DNA of 60,262 nucleotides, filler included, from Bipalium vagum (GCA_037834085.1; 3 parts of 3 records of this genome joined end to end with filler, not necessarily neighbours in it), one strand, 5' to 3'; shown: positions 13,130 through 27,421, counted from the whole stretch's first letter. A program made the numbers and translations. The notes: generated by a model from the letters alone, not told the origin.

Positions 13130-14245
13130 AAATTAGTTGTTTTGTCGACTTAATCTCAAATTCTATAAATGGTCTTAGAAAGCTGGGCATATCACCTTTC
13201 ATTTTCATTGAGGCTTTATTTTACTAAATTATTTAGTGGGATAAAAATAATGAGAAAGATATAAAAAATTATTTCTTTTATTAATTAAAGGATAATCTAA
13301 ATCCGAACTATTATAATTTACACCAAGAAAGTAAAATAAAATGTAAAAAGCTAAGAAAAGTTAATGAAGAATTGAGAGTTTATTGTGGTAGAATTAGAGT
13401 TCGTACCAGATTATCAGAAGAAGGCTTTAAAAAGCACAAGCCAAAAAGAAAGCTAAGACTTACTGCTTCATATATCTTAAATAGGTAAGAATTTCATGAA
13501 AGGTATCAGATATGATCGACTGACCAATGTTCTAACATAATTTTCTATGATGAAAAAAGTTTAAAGTATTCGGAAACGATGGGGCCGTAAAGCTATGGAT
13601 AGCAGAAGATGATAAGAAAATGCAAGATTGTATAACACCAGCTGAAAAAGTTTCTGATAGCGTAATGTTTTTGGGCTGTTTAACCAGTAAAGATGTAGGA
13701 AGACTTCAAATTTGCGAGGGTACTATTAGTTCTGAGAGTTATATAAGTATATTTTTGAAGGATGTCTATTAAATTCAGCTGGAGATTATTTTTCTGGTGC
13801 TTATTTATATTATTTTAAATTTCAAGACGACAATGCATAATGTCATAAAACAGTTTAAAAATGATTGTCTAATAAGGATATTCCAACACTTCTGGTCTCC
13901 TAACAGCCCAGATCCGAACCCCATGGAAAATCTGTGGGGTTTAATGAGCAAAAAATTTAATTTAAAGACTTAAAAAAACAAAATGGAGGTAATTTCAGTC
14001 ATACTTAAAGTGTAGAATAGCGATTTACCTGCTAATTTATGCAAAAAATAATATTTTACATGCTCAATAGGCTAAGCCAACTTAAAGTAAAACAAGTACA
14101 GACAGACAAAATATTAAGCATTTGTTCCAGTTTGTGATTTTTTCCTAGTTTCTATCATGTTTTATGAATAAAAGTATGAATAAAAAGTAATACTGAAATA
14201 ATGCATTATAACAGTAGTGGTGCTTACATTTCCGGACTAACTGTA
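13130..14245 (+). mobile_element. decayed Tc1 (DD34E) transposon
   Basis: Ordered motifs IFYDEK, VMF.GC, FQDDNA, WSPNSPDPNPMENLWG. TIR-like end ...TCCGGACTAACTGTA. Confidence 0.85.
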
Positions 14246-15011
14246 TTTGAGAACTATAAAGATAATTATAGTAAAAGTAACAGTACTTATTCTTTTATCT
14301 ACTAATTATAATAAGGGATCAAAAAATTTATTTATTTGTTCAAATTCTTAATATTTTGTTTGCCATTCTTATTTGTTAACAATATTAAAAATGTTAAGTT
14401 AGCATATTTTCAGGAAAGTATTTGAACCTGATTGTTTAAATTAAAAGTAAGAAAAAGTAATAAATAAATAAATGAATATACACAATTGCATTATATTAAT
14501 AAAATAGCAAGTGATAAAAACAAGAAAATTTCTATTTAAAATGGACACTTCACACCTTACATGAAATGTAACAAACCTGGATTAGAATATATTAAAAATA
14601 TAATCAATAAATAATTATATATTCCCCAATTACTTTTCATTATTTTAAAAGAGGATAATGTCAATAGGAAATGTCCCCCCGGCTGTATACAAAAATAGAG
14701 ATTAAAATTCTTCTGGCCAACTTAGTTTCGATATAAGTGAAAGAATTAAAAGTAGAATATAGCTTAAGCAATCGATTTTTCTAAGCAATAAGCAAAAAGC
14801 TCGAAAGTGATTTGGCAAAAATTGCTTTTATTTATTTCATATCACTTCTTTAAATACAGTTTTGATAATGACTTTGAAATTTACTATTTGGAAAGCAAAA
14901 GATGCTTTCAGGAAAGAATATTTTGAAAAAAAATCAAAGTAATGAATATGTAGTCCGGTATAAATAAAAATTATAAGCATTGTAACATCTTATTAAAATA
15001 ATGATAATCAC

Positions 15012-15665
15012 TATTAGGTCATTCATAGTGAAATGTCGGATTTGCAAAATTAAAGTTTGACATTTGATATTTAAAATAATTTAAATCGAAAGTTTTTTGT
15101 TTTTGTTTTACTGCGTAAATAGGTATTTACTTTTTAAAGCACATATTTAAATATCTGATTATATTATAAATTGGCATTCTTAGAGCAACTTTTCTAAACA
15201 AAGAATATTTTATAAATTCGTGTGAGTTTTGAATACGAATTCCATTGTGGAACTAATGCATAGCAAACGGTTTGAAATATGAGTGATGTATTTGGAAGTA
15301 ATGTCGTCAATGAACAAATGTTGCAGCGATGGTTTCAGAAGATCCGTGCAGGAGATTTCTGTCTTCAAATATGCCTTGTGATTGACCTAAAACGAAAGTA
15401 AATCAAGCTTAACTGAAATTTGTAGTGGAGAACGAATCATCTCAAAGTACTCAGGAGTTAAGGTTCAATTTCTCCATCTTTACAATAATTGAATATTTAA
15501 AACAAATTAACATGGTTACCTCCAGAATTATACAAATATCAGAAAACAAATGGTCTTCAAGCTTGTCTTTCTTTGTTGCTACGACAGAAAGTGGAACCCT
15601 TTCATGTGTGACAAAAAATGAATTAGATTCAATGCCACAGGTTATCAACTCAATGGTTGGATTAT
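15012..15665 (+). mobile_element. mariner 5' half with TIR
   Basis: TATTAGGTC... TIR, then IRVSFEYEFHCGTNA...DVFGSNVVNEQMLQRWFQKIRAGDF and the TCDEK-like region. Confidence 0.8.
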
Positions 15666-15799
15666 TATTAATGATATAATAATACTTCATTGAAAATTTC
15701 TTTTGAAAAAATAAAATTTATATTATAAGTGATTCCAAAAATCATCTTTTCTAACACATTTATTTCAGAAATCGACAAAATTTTATGTCCAGTATTCAC

Positions 15800-16110
15800 C
15801 TCAAATATTTATCATGACAAAAATGATAATATTCATATCATCTCTCAATTGGCTCATCTCACGGTTAGCCCATATTCTGTTTACTCTTCCATTAACTGTT
15901 CTGGGATTAAATGTCATTCTTCTTTTAAATTCAAATTTCGGAATAAGGAGCCATCCATTACGTTCATGTCAGGAGAGTAAGGTGGTTGCAGGATACGGTT
16001 GATTGCATTTGCTCTAAGATCAAATTGATAAATTTTGCTATATGAGACAAGCGTTGTCCTGTATAATAGTGAGGTTTCCATGTTAACATTTGTCATTCAA
16101 ACAAGATATA
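15800..16110 (-). mobile_element. Tc1/mariner-superfamily transposase fragment (third catalytic D region)
   Basis: ILQPPYSPDMNVMDGSLFRNL. Confidence 0.6.
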
Positions 16111-17590
16111 ATGAAATTGTGGTTTTATAATATTTTGTTATTATTGAGCGATTATGTATGAAATATATTTTATATTGTATAAAAATATTCCTTTTCGGGA
16201 TTGTAAAGTGTTATAGTGACTGATGTTTTGAATTTGCTAAAGAGAATAACAAGTGAACCAAATTTGAAACAGATCAACTAAATGTGATAAGTTTTAAGAT
16301 ACCTTATTCAAAAAATATTTTCATTTGTGGATTTATCCTTTCCAGCAATAAAGAAGAAGAATAATAATAATAATAGAAGAATAGAAGGAATAGTTCTGCA
16401 ATTTTGAAAAAATTTCATCTCAAAGGAATCTTTAAGTTGGTAACTATAAATAAAATTTGAACTTCGAAGCTCTGTGGAAAAATTGCAGAATTATAAATCT
16501 ACATTTAGTCTTCTTAGAGATGAATTTATTGAATTATTCTACCATTCATTAAAAGTGAACATTTTGAGATTAATGTTTATTTAAGATGAATTAAGATTGA
16601 TTGAACGACTTTAATGATAATAATAATCTTATCACATTTCAAAGGATTTAAAACAGGGGTTGTGCTCATAAACATTGATTTATAAAAATGGTTTTATGAT
16701 TCCAAATCAATTTTTCTTAATATTATTCTTGATTTTAAAGTGAAAATAAATGCATCAAATTATATATTAGAGAGTTCTTGGGTTCCAACAACAAACATAC
16801 CATATTAGAATGAATATGATCTCGTTCAATATAGGTTGAAAAATATTTTGTTTATATTAACTGATGGAATTAATGAATTCAAATTCTTCAATCCTTATCA
16901 GATGAACCATTCAGTGTTTATAGTTCAAAATTTAAAATAAATAAATAATAAATCCTCATTGTTTTTTATATTAACCAGAAAATCATTGAACCGAATAATT
17001 TCATTATTATAATTAAATTTAAGAAAATCACTTTAAATAATAATAAAAACGAAATTGTTTTTTATTTATTTTATATTTATATTTCATTTTATAAAATGTT
17101 CTGTTATGCTCACCTTCAAGCTATATTTGAGATTTAAATTAAAATTCAAGTTTTTCTAATGATCTTTTTTGTCATTTTTATAATACAGAATAAGATTAAA
17201 TAGTCTATCTTTCTATACTATTTACGTTGATCTAGTGAAGCAAACAAATTATATAATTATACAAAGAGAATTTTCACACTTCCTTTATCATAAACATAAC
17301 AGAAATAATCTCATAATTTACTATTAAAATATTTTCTTATAAAATATAATCAAGAGACTTAAGATTTCTCAAGTATTCTCTAATTAAATGATTCTCTTAA
17401 TCTCAATTGGAAAATTAATAAAACTGAAATAAAATTGTGAGATAATTAATTTTATTTAATAGAAATTTAGCTATTTTTATTAAAAATCCATTAATAATAA
17501 TTGTTTTAATTAACAGAAGAAATATCTTATTAATATATAATGAAAATAATCTGTAATTTTGCTTGTCATCTAAAATTATTTATTTTCCAT

Positions 17591-18352
17591 TCAATAAATA
17601 TTGTTTATCTTGATCTGGATCAGCACATTTTCAATATGGTATATTTTCCAGTACGATTTGGCAATAGAAGGAAACTGAGAAGACCATTGCCTAATGACCA
17701 AGCTAATTAAACCAAGCATGCAAGCCCATTTAGAAGCAAACATCTGGTATTGTTTAATCATTAAAATCTGTTTCAAATGTACTAAATTTTATTTATTTGA
17801 AAATATTGATGAAATATTTTTGAAACAGATTTTAAGTATACATAAAAATATTAACATTAATTACTTAGTTGTGTTCTTTTCAGGTCTCACTTCATTAAAA
17901 CAAACAGGTGGAATTTAGTAAATTTTATTTTTGAAGTCCTTGTTGAATTTTTTATATGATTTTTTCGTACGAAAATTCACTTAACATTTAAAAATTTAAT
18001 CAATTTATTTTTAATTATAAAATAATTCATTTATTATTTTTATTATTTATTTTATTAATAATTATATTAATTAATTATAAATTACAGTATTTCTTTTTTT
18101 TCATTTTTTAAATTTTTATCGTTATATTTTTTTATTAATTAATATGAAAAAACTTCTTTCGTAAAATTCTTGAATCTAATTTCATAAACTTTAATACAAA
18201 GTAAAAATAAAAATAAAAATGTGTGAATTTTTACACTGACATTCTGAGCTTTGATATTATATAAAAGTTTCAGCCCATTTCTGACATAAAATGCAGCCAG
18301 GATTAATATTTTTCATATTGAGATAACAAGATTTTATTCCTGATAAAAATGC
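17591..18352 (-). CDS. candidate exons of an unidentified gene
   Basis: Two acceptor-led open frames: AFLSGIKSCYLNMKNINPGCILCQKWAETFII (from 18352) and MFASKWACMLGLISLVIRQWSSQFPSIAKSYWKIYHIEN (from about 17743). Confidence 0.25.
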
Positions 18353-18562
18353 CTGAAATTAGTTTTACACTTATTTAATTTAATAGTAATAATTAAGAAA
18401 ATGTCAATAGTAAAACGAAAGTTTGTCATGTAACATTTTTTCACAGCTTTCGGATCTAGGTATATACAGAGTGTAGTTTAACCTATAAAATATAAATAAA
18501 GTCTTATTTTTTGTCCTTTCAGTATTTATTTTGATATTAATAATTTCAAATAACTTTTTATT

Positions 18563-19720
18563 TATTAGGTTGCTCAAAAATTAATGACGATTTTTTTTAA
18601 CACTGAGCTTTGAATGCATATAATTTAATTAAAACAAAAAAATTAATAGAAATAAGGACTAATCAATTCAACAAGCGTTAGCCAACAAATCAAAGCTTAT
18701 TTATGTCCCTTCAGTAAAATTCTGGAGTTCCGGAGTCGATGAAATCGTTGAATGCTTTTCTTGGCATCATCATGAGTTCTGAAACATTTTTCCTTCAAAA
18801 AGAATTGCAAATGTTTAAAGAGATGCTAGTCAGTGAGTGAAAGATTTGGTGAGTATGATTAATGAAACAGGGTTTCGAAGCTAAATTTAATTACTGTAAG
18901 GTCGGTTATGTCACATGCAGTTGAGCATTATGGAGAAGAATCGGTTCTTTCCTATCGATATTAGCTGTTTTTGTTGGAGTTTCAAGTGCAACTCGACGAT
19001 TTCATAACAATATTTATCTGCCGTATGGAATCGCCCGCGTTTAAGACATTGTGATGATAGGAAATTGACTCCAGATCATCAAAAAATCACCATCACCTTC
19101 TTTTGATATAAATTTTGTCTTGGTCAATATTTTGTAGCTTGGTCATGGTTTAATTAACTACATAATTAACTTTTCATCACACGTCACAATGGGTCGAAAA
19201 ATGGATCATCATAGTTGCGCAAAATGAGCAAAAACGGAACTTCGAAATTATGGTTTTCTAGTTTTCTTTTAAATGATGAGAAACCCATTTGTTCATCTTT
19301 TGTGATTTATCAATTTCTTTTAAATGGTTTCAAGTTGCTCCAATGAAGACATTTATTTATCTGCAAGTTCTTAAATTGGTGTATGTGAATTTGCCTTCAC
19401 TAAAGCCTTCAATTTGTTATTTTCGATAATTTTCTTTTCATCTTCTTCATCTTCGAGCGTCCATCTTTAAATTTTTAAAACCAGAATTAAAGCATGAGTT
19501 TGTTTGTTATTCCTTCTCTGAATACACTGTTGATGTTACGACTGGCTTCCGCTCCTTTGTATCCCAGGTTAAGTTCTTAAAAAAATGCACACAATTCCTT
19601 TTTCTATAGCAAAGTCTATAATTATTAAACACTTTTTAAATTAAATAAAAATGTAAATGCACACAAATGTAGATTGAAACGTTCGCTTTGAAATGATATA
19701 CTACCCATAAAATAAAAAAC
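18563..19720 (-). mobile_element. near full-length decayed mariner transposon
   Basis: TATTAGGTTGCTCAAAAA TIR at 18563. Motifs IVTCDEK, LLHNAQ (HDNA), YSPNLSLTD and the C-terminal helix. Confidence 0.9.
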
Positions 19721-19809
19721 CCTATATATTTATTTTAGAAAAGAATTTCTAAGTCTAGTTTTTTTAGTCAATGTAATATTAATTATTATAGAAAATATTA
19801 ATCTTAATC

Positions 19810-20060
19810 CATTATGAGAGGATTCTCGTGAAAATTAGCAAAGTACAGCCACTGTACGAAACATTTGAAAGTCTATGCAATGCATTCAATGTTAACAAAG
19901 ATTATGCACTCGACTTACGAAAGAAATTTTTTGAAACAGGTACTCTGGACAGAAATAGGGATTCAGGAAGAAAGCATATAAAAGGATATGTTGACAGACG
20001 ACAAAGAGTTATATATATAATAATAAATGCTTTAAAACAAAAGCTAAACTGTTAAAATTA
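19810..20060 (+). mobile_element. Tc1-like transposase N-terminal HTH fragment
   Basis: CNAFNV...KKFFETGTLDRNRDSGRK resembles the KxxETGxx.R.RSGRP linker. Confidence 0.4.
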
Positions 20061-21289
20061 TGTCTAATAAATGGATATGACAAAAAAGTGACAATAATTT
20101 TTTTTTTAAAAAAACTAATATTTCGAATTTTCATCTATTTTTTAACTTTTCAGCCAGGGACCAAGCAGATCTTTTGACTCAGATATTCTTCTTACCTAAA
20201 GACTTTCTTAAACATCTGAGAATCGATATGTTATAAGAGAGACAAAAGCCGTTAATCTGAAACTTTATTATCATATCAGGAAATATTTTTAAGCATAATT
20301 TCTCGAAATACTGAAGATAAATATTCGACATTGAGATTGAAATATAGCAATAATTTGTGTTTATTATTCTCAAACTTAGAAATAAATTAAATATTTAATT
20401 ATTTGATTAATTTCCTTTTAGATGACAAAAGATTTGGCTAGAGACTATGGAAAACCATAAACTAAGTCATTAATTAACTTGTAAAATTTCTAGAAATATA
20501 TTAAACTTGTCATAGATATAATGCAAACTTTTTTATTTATTAGTTTTTCTGCAAATAAAACCTGATAAAATTGATTAATATTATTATAAATATTATAATA
20601 ACTCAAAATTCTTGCATAATTCCGGACTTTTAATAATATGAATAAAAATATTGATAAGGAAAAAAATATTTTTTGCAAGAGGTTTCAACTCTATGATTTT
20701 ATTTTGTTCGAAGATAATCAGGATTTCTAAAATAAATTAAATGACCCCATCATGGGATCTTAAAATCTTTTTTGATTTAATTTTATTATTATATTTTCAA
20801 TTCTTAAAAAATGATAATTTTAAAAAATTGTTTAAAATGCCTAATTTTTCTAATTTGAGCGTTTTATCAAGAAACAGAAAATGTACTTGTTAGCTGCGAT
20901 ATCAACAAAATCAGTCATAGTTGTAAAAATATATTTTTGAATGTCTTTTCAAAGCAATAATACTTAAACAAATTTGCCATTCTTAATAAATTAATATATA
21001 TGGTGTCATTAAAAAATTATTAAAATAAATATACAAAATTAAATTAAATAAATATTAAAATTAAATTTACAATTAATTAAAAATTTAAATTAGGCACAAT
21101 ATAAAATATAAAAAATTCTGAATATTTTTTTCGGGAACACCTTATGGTACAGCACGAAACCTGGAGTAACCTTGATGAAATTCCTCCTAATTTTCAATTT
21201 GTCATTTCCATATAGTTTTTGATGTTCCATACTTTATTTTGTATTTTTAACTAATATATTAAACAGCGTTAATGTTTTTATTGATATAT

Positions 21290-21970
21290 ATATAACAGCT
21301 TTCCAATTCCACAAAACTGAGAGCAAACCTCTTTGGAATGCAAAGCGTTTTTAGATTGCGTATTGCAGAAATTTTGGATAAACCCAAAACGATTCATTTT
21401 TCTCATTTCCTGTAATTAGAAATGAAATCATTAATGGACCCAAGTACCATAATGAAGTACCCAAATACGATCAGAGAGATAAATCTTTTCAACCAAATGA
21501 GTAATCGCAGATGTCTGAGCAAATTTTAATATTCCGATTTTCTCGAGTTGTTCTGCTTTGTCATTTCTGAATTAGGGCCGTCACATAATCACCACTGACA
21601 GTGTACAGCTGGTCATTTCAATTTTAGTCTTGAACAAAAAAATCATTTGATTCAAAAAAGTTGAAAACCACTTTGACATATGTGATCAGTCACAATATCC
21701 TGTGCATAAACAATGCAGATTTTCTTTTGTGTTCTGGTACCATTTTTACTTTTCAAAAATATAAAGCAATTACATGATGCTTATGCTCTAAATTGAAAAT
21801 TTTAAATTTTTTATTCTAAATAATTAAATTATCTATTAATTTAGTTGTTTCAAAATTTATACTTTAATATTAATTAAGGCACACAAAAATAATAATTTTT
21901 TAAATTCACTTCAAAATAATAAGTTGAATTTATGAACGAAAAGCCAAATAAACTTTGGCTCAACCCAATA
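21290..21970 (-). mobile_element. mariner 5' half
   Basis: TIR ...AATAAACTTTGGCTCAACCCAATA at 21946-21970, FLITGNEK, and a PKRFALS..WN (HPKK..L.VWW) region. Confidence 0.75.
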
Positions 21971-22148
21971 TTATAATAATGATAAAAATAAAATATTATA
22001 AATAAAATAAGAATAATTAGAATAATAATAAAAAAAGAAAAAAACAAATAATAAAAATAAGAAAAATTAAATTAATAATATACAAATTTAAAAAAAATAA
22101 AAAAAAAATAATAACAATAATAATAATAAAAAAAAATTAATAATAATA

Positions 22149-22248
22149 NNNNNNNNNNNNNNNNNNNNNNNNNNNNNNNNNNNNNNNNNNNNTTAATTAA
22201 TTAANNNNNNNNNNNNNNNNNNNNNNNNNNNNNNNNNNNNNNNNNNNN
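22149..22248. other. artificial contig linker (44 N + TTAATTAATTAA + 44 N)
   Basis: Exactly 100 bp with a central six-frame-stop 12-mer. An identical structure occurs at 42878. Confidence 0.95.
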
Positions 22249-22336
22249 TATTATTAGTATAACAATTATCTAAAAAAAGAAAAGAAAGAAAGATTAATAA
22301 AGAAGTAAGAATAAAATATATAAAATAAAAAAAAAA

Positions 22337-22368
<32 letters not shown>

Positions 22369-23469
22369 ATATATATTCAGTTGTGCAAATTATTGTTTTA
22401 CCTTGTTCAAGTGGAACACTTAATTTTAGAACATTCTACCTTTAGAACTATTAGAATATTTGTCGTGGGAAAATTTCTATTATTCACAAACTGTTCATCA
22501 ATCAATAAATTCTAATATTAAAATCAATTCTCATTTATTACATGAGAAAATTTCCCTTAAACATTTCTGTTATATTGTTTTCTATAGCAAACTTGATCTT
22601 TCCGATTTCTGTTATTATTTCTGTCGCTTGCAAAATTGCAGAATCTCACATATTTTGCCATTAATCTTTGGTGGAACAAATTATTATTTTATTGATATTG
22701 ACATAATCTGGAAATTATCTTTGAACATTCAACAGAAAACAAGCATAATTATATTTCATTCATTTTTCTGTTGAAAAGAATAAAATTTAAAATATTTTCC
22801 AATGTTCAAGCTCATCAATTATTGATGCAATTTGTAGAAATTTATCCCACAGATTCAGTGACCGTCAGACAAAACATACGTTAACCCATTCACCCATTCA
22901 CCCATTCCATATCGCTCCAATATGCAGGGGAAGCAGCGGAATAAACAATTTCCATTACATAATTAGAAACCACTTCTCTCAATAATAGACTTTGTGATTT
23001 GTATGTAGCCCATATGTTTGTCGAGCTTTAAGATAAACTAATCAAATTTTTACCACTTCCACTCACATTGTTTTATTTCTTTAGAAAATTTTTAGTTTTT
23101 AATTTTTTGCAAAAATTCACAATGTAGGGGTTCAGAAAATCTTGTAAAATTTCTACATTAAAAAAAAATAATTTTACTGAATTATTACAAGGGTAAATAA
23201 AAATTGTTTCATTAATTATTGAACGTTATCGTTTATTAATTTAACACTTTATTTATATAACGATTATTTTTGTTTTAATATATAAAAATTTAAGTTGCAT
23301 TTATACTGATTTTTGAAATAATGAAGATTCAAATAAAAGATATTTTTGCATTTTAAACAAACAAAAGATGAATTGTCTAGAAAAACAAATTAATTAAATG
23401 AAAAAAAAATTTAAATTTATTTTATATCACACAAGTTTAGAGTAAATTTTTGTTATAACTCATTTAGGT

Positions 23470-25330
23470 TTTTCTCCACGTTTCGACTGCTTTAGAGAAA
23501 CATTCTTCAGCATTCAAAATCTTATCGGCAACGACCTTTCATCCACAGCCAACTATCAACATGCTCCTTCATTATTAGACACAAATATTTATTTTAATGT
23601 GACCCAGTTTATGGCCCACTGCAGTTCCAAGAAAGATGATTTCTGAGTTTCAGTATGTCAACCAGTATAGTTTCAGTATAGTATACACAGACAATAAGAC
23701 AGTCTTAAAGATGCCTGTTAGCGTTCACAGAGGATAAACCCAAGCAGTTTCTACTTATTCCATTCGAAAATATTTAACAGAAAACTGAAACCTGTTCAAA
23801 AACAAAAATCATAACTAGAGAGCCAGGATGGAACATTTAATATTCATAAGATGAAATGATTTCATAAAAAATGATTGGCGAAAAAGGTTTTGTTGCAGAT
23901 TTTCAAATTGAGCTGTTTATATGGATGATACCAATTGGCCCACATTTGTAAAGACCTGATCATGAATGCAGAAAACATTCTGATCTCTAATTTTAAAAAT
24001 GGTAATGAAATTTTCAATATAATATTATATATTATAATAATATAATATATAAGAAAATATTATTGAATTTGTTTTCAATAACAACCGTTTATTACATTAT
24101 TTATAGGTCTTTCTTAAATAATGTATTAGAAAGTTAAATTTCATGTCGTTATTCGTTATTTGAATGTAAAGAACATGCTGCAAAGCATTGGAATCAGAAA
24201 ATTATGTAGTTGAGTCGACCTACATTTTTTTATACCAGATATACAAATAAAGCCTTTGAAAGCTTGCAAAAATATGTAGCCCTACTCCATGCTCTTTGAA
24301 GAATATAATAGGAGAGGATAAAATGCCATTTACTCTTTATGTTCCATACTTGAATGGGTTTAACCAGTTGAAAAGCCAACAAAAAAGATTCGGTCATATA
24401 CATCTCATCCAAAAATTTTATGCTTATCAACACTACCTTTTCTTGGACAAAAAACCTTATGAGGAGGTGGTGTGCTAAAGTTAGGTACACATTTTTACTC
24501 TCAAGAACAAATCTTCTTAATTTCAAAAGATATTAAATGTATCATTTGCTAAATAAAATCAAATGATTGTTGAAATGCTGTTCAGAAAGACGATATTGCA
24601 TTGACGGAAAAAGGCAATAATCACTTAGTGCGATATCTGACGAGTATTGTGAGTAAGGTAAAACTTCTCATCCAAGTTCTGATCTCGTATTCTTTAACAA
24701 AATCGAAATTTGAGGTCAAGCCTCTAGCCGATTAGAATAAAAAAAGAACATATATTTTATATCACACTTTCCGTTTTCCCCTTCTTCAAGCAAACATTCA
24801 TCAGCATTCAATATCATACAGGAACGTTTGAGCATACTTCTTCATCATTCAGCAGACACATTCATTTGGATCAGCTTATGGCTCACTGTTGTTCCAAGAA
24901 AGATGACTTTTTGGTTAATTTGGTTTTTGGTTTTCAGTGTTTGAATTCCGTTGAGTTTTGCGAAATCTGAATATCATCAAAAAATAAACTAATACTGTGC
25001 TGCTGAAAAGAAACGTCTATCCAATACCGATTGGTAAACAAGTAAAAAGAACCAGTCAAAAGTTGTTTGGAGGATTCATAATAGACCGTCTGCTGACCCA
25101 AAAGGTTTTCTTTTCGTTGAGAAAAGAACATAATACCCATTGATCATAAAGAAAAAATAAAAAATCTTGTGTTCAAATGTATTTCTTAGCATGGGATACT
25201 CAGACAATTAGGTACTCCTAATGAGAACTGTTCTCTTTGAATTTTATCAACAGCAACAACTGATTCATTATCTAAACTTAAAATATTTATCAAAAATCGA
25301 TACAAACTTACGATATGGCATTAAATAGTC
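23470..25330. mobile_element. cluster of decayed Penelope-like retroelement pieces in both orientations
   Basis: Plus strand: YMDDT (23918-23932) and TLYVPYLNG (about 24330). Minus strand: LSIP(Y)...SMGIMF (25240-25100). An approximately 180-bp direct repeat (23470-23655 and 24765-24940) ends in CTGANGA...GAAA. Confidence 0.6.
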
Positions 25331-26541
25331 TACGAATGGTAAATTTATTGACACTAATAAAATATAATGACAAAAAATAATCCCATTCTTTTGTTACATT
25401 CTGAACTAAATCTGTGCCAAATGTCAAAAAAATACAATTATTTAATCTGAATTAATATTTATTTGTTTTAATTATTTCAAATAACGGGAAAATTAAGGGT
25501 TGTATCATTAATATTATTTTTAATAATAATTATAATTATAATTTATAATATAATAATTATAAAATATATATTATAATATAATAAATTATAATATATATTA
25601 TCAGAGATTTTTATTATATTTGTGTTGTAAGCTTTTTAAGTGTTATCTCCGGCCTTCTAGCAATTAATTTATCTGAATTTATTTATCAATATTTTTGTAC
25701 TAAAAAATATTTATTTATAATTTTAATAAATTAAATATATTAATATTAAAAAAACTATTATAATATTAAAGATAGGATTTAAACAAATATTTAATTCTTT
25801 TTCTACAATTTCTTAACTTGAAAATTTCTTTTTCTGACTGTTCAGATTTTAAATGAATTTAATAATAAAATGAAAATTGTAAAAATAACAAAATTAATTC
25901 ATTTCTGATTGCATAAATAAAAAAACGCTTATAAAGGACGAAAAGCTTTGAATAATTAAGTATTTTTTTAAATAAATTAATTATTAATAAAAACAAAATT
26001 CACGTGTTTTTCCCCATGAATGATCTTTTCATATCTAAATTCCTGAGTATCGAGTTATATACTCTTTTATACGAGGAACAATGAAACAATATTACAAAAA
26101 TAATAAAATAAATATTAAACAATATTTATTTGCAGAAAATAAAGTATATATTAAAAATGTTAATTTATAATTTTGAAAAATAATACTAAATAATGATTGT
26201 CGATGTTATAATCGATATATTGGTAAACATAGGACTGTATTGATCTTTTATGAAATATAATATATTTTTGATAATTTAATTCTTTTTTTTTCTTGCAAAG
26301 ACGAAAGAGAGAAAAAATTAAAAAGCTTCAAGCAAAAATTCTGCGAAATTAATTAAACAAATTGTTAACAATTAATTTCCATTAGCTATTTTTATGGAGA
26401 AAATAAAGGCCTTGAGAAGGAAATTTTGACGAAATATATACTTATTTGCTATTAACAAAGAGAATGCTTTCCTCAAAATAAACAATTGTTTAATTTCCAT
26501 ATGAAATATATATGGATAGTTTTCATAATAAATAATAATAA

Positions 26542-27215
26542 TAATAATTATTATTATTATTAGACAATCTTTGAACGTTTGATGTAGACTGTTTTGTTTC
26601 GAAATACAGCTTTTATGAAATCAAGTGCATTATGAAGACGTTAAATTATTTTTATATAAATAACGACAAAGTCAATTATAAATCCATTGTAGAGTTTTCC
26701 ACATTAATTTTACAATAATTCAACATGAAATGGAAAATAGGGGAAATTATTTCCCATTTTTTCCACTGTATTTGAGAGCGACACGTTTTTCGCAACCTAA
26801 CATAAAAGGACATTGTTATTTATTTTTCAAATATATATGAAATTATTACGTCTTTTTCCATTTCTTCAATTTAATTTATAAATAATATTTCCCCTGCTTT
26901 TTATTGGATTGATAATAAATCGTTGATTCGTTGGAATTGTCTGAAACGAAATTCTTGAGGATGAATTCTGTGAAGCTGTAATCAGATGCATACGTTTTCT
27001 CTAAGTTTTTTCATTGTTTTTATTATTCAGATACTGATGGTGCATACAAACAAATTTGAAGATTTTCTGTTCAGTTGAAGCTACTGATTACTTGTAAGCA
27101 AATGAGTATATATTGTTTATGTTTGGATATGATTGTTATTATTGTCATAAGTCTAACAGTGAAATTGGTGACATTTTGAAAAGGATACAATCGAACAATC
27201 TCTGATCAGGTTAGA
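26542..27215 (-). mobile_element. heavily deleted L1/Tx1-like LINE relic
   Basis: In order: ICLYAP (APE), YASDY (SDH-like), RSQIQW (RSRxxW linker), ALDFIKA (LDFxKAFD of RT). Abuts an AAT/ATT array. Confidence 0.5.
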
Positions 27216-27226
27216 ATTATTAATAT

Positions 27227-27421
27227 NNNNNNNNNNNNNNNNNNNNNNNNNNNNNNNNNNNNNNNNNNNNNNNNNNNNNNNNNNNNNNNNNNNNNNNNNN
27301 NNNNNNNNNNNNNNNNNNNNNNNNNNNNNNNNNNNNNNNNNNNNNNNNNNNNNNNNNNNNNNNNNNNNNNNNNNNNNNNNNNNNNNNNNNNNNNNNNNNN
27401 NNNNNNNNNNNNNNNNNNNNN
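27227..27421. other. assembly gap (195 N)
   Basis: Run of N without a linker. Confidence 0.98.

Noticed and set aside
17114-17231. Two candidate 6-7 nt micro-exons on the minus strand (tag|ATCAAC|gtaaat and tag|CTTGAAG|gtgagc)
   Set aside because: Such short AG..GT pairs arise by chance, and there is no transcript evidence.
22193-22204. Palindromic TTAATTAATTAA island inside N runs (also 42922-42933)
   Set aside because: Artificial six-frame-stop linker, not biology. Adjacency across these joins is meaningless.
22940-23130. QCEWKW.NL resembling a Myb/SANT-like (Harbinger-associated) motif
   Set aside because: A single frameshifted motif with no transposase partner or TIR.
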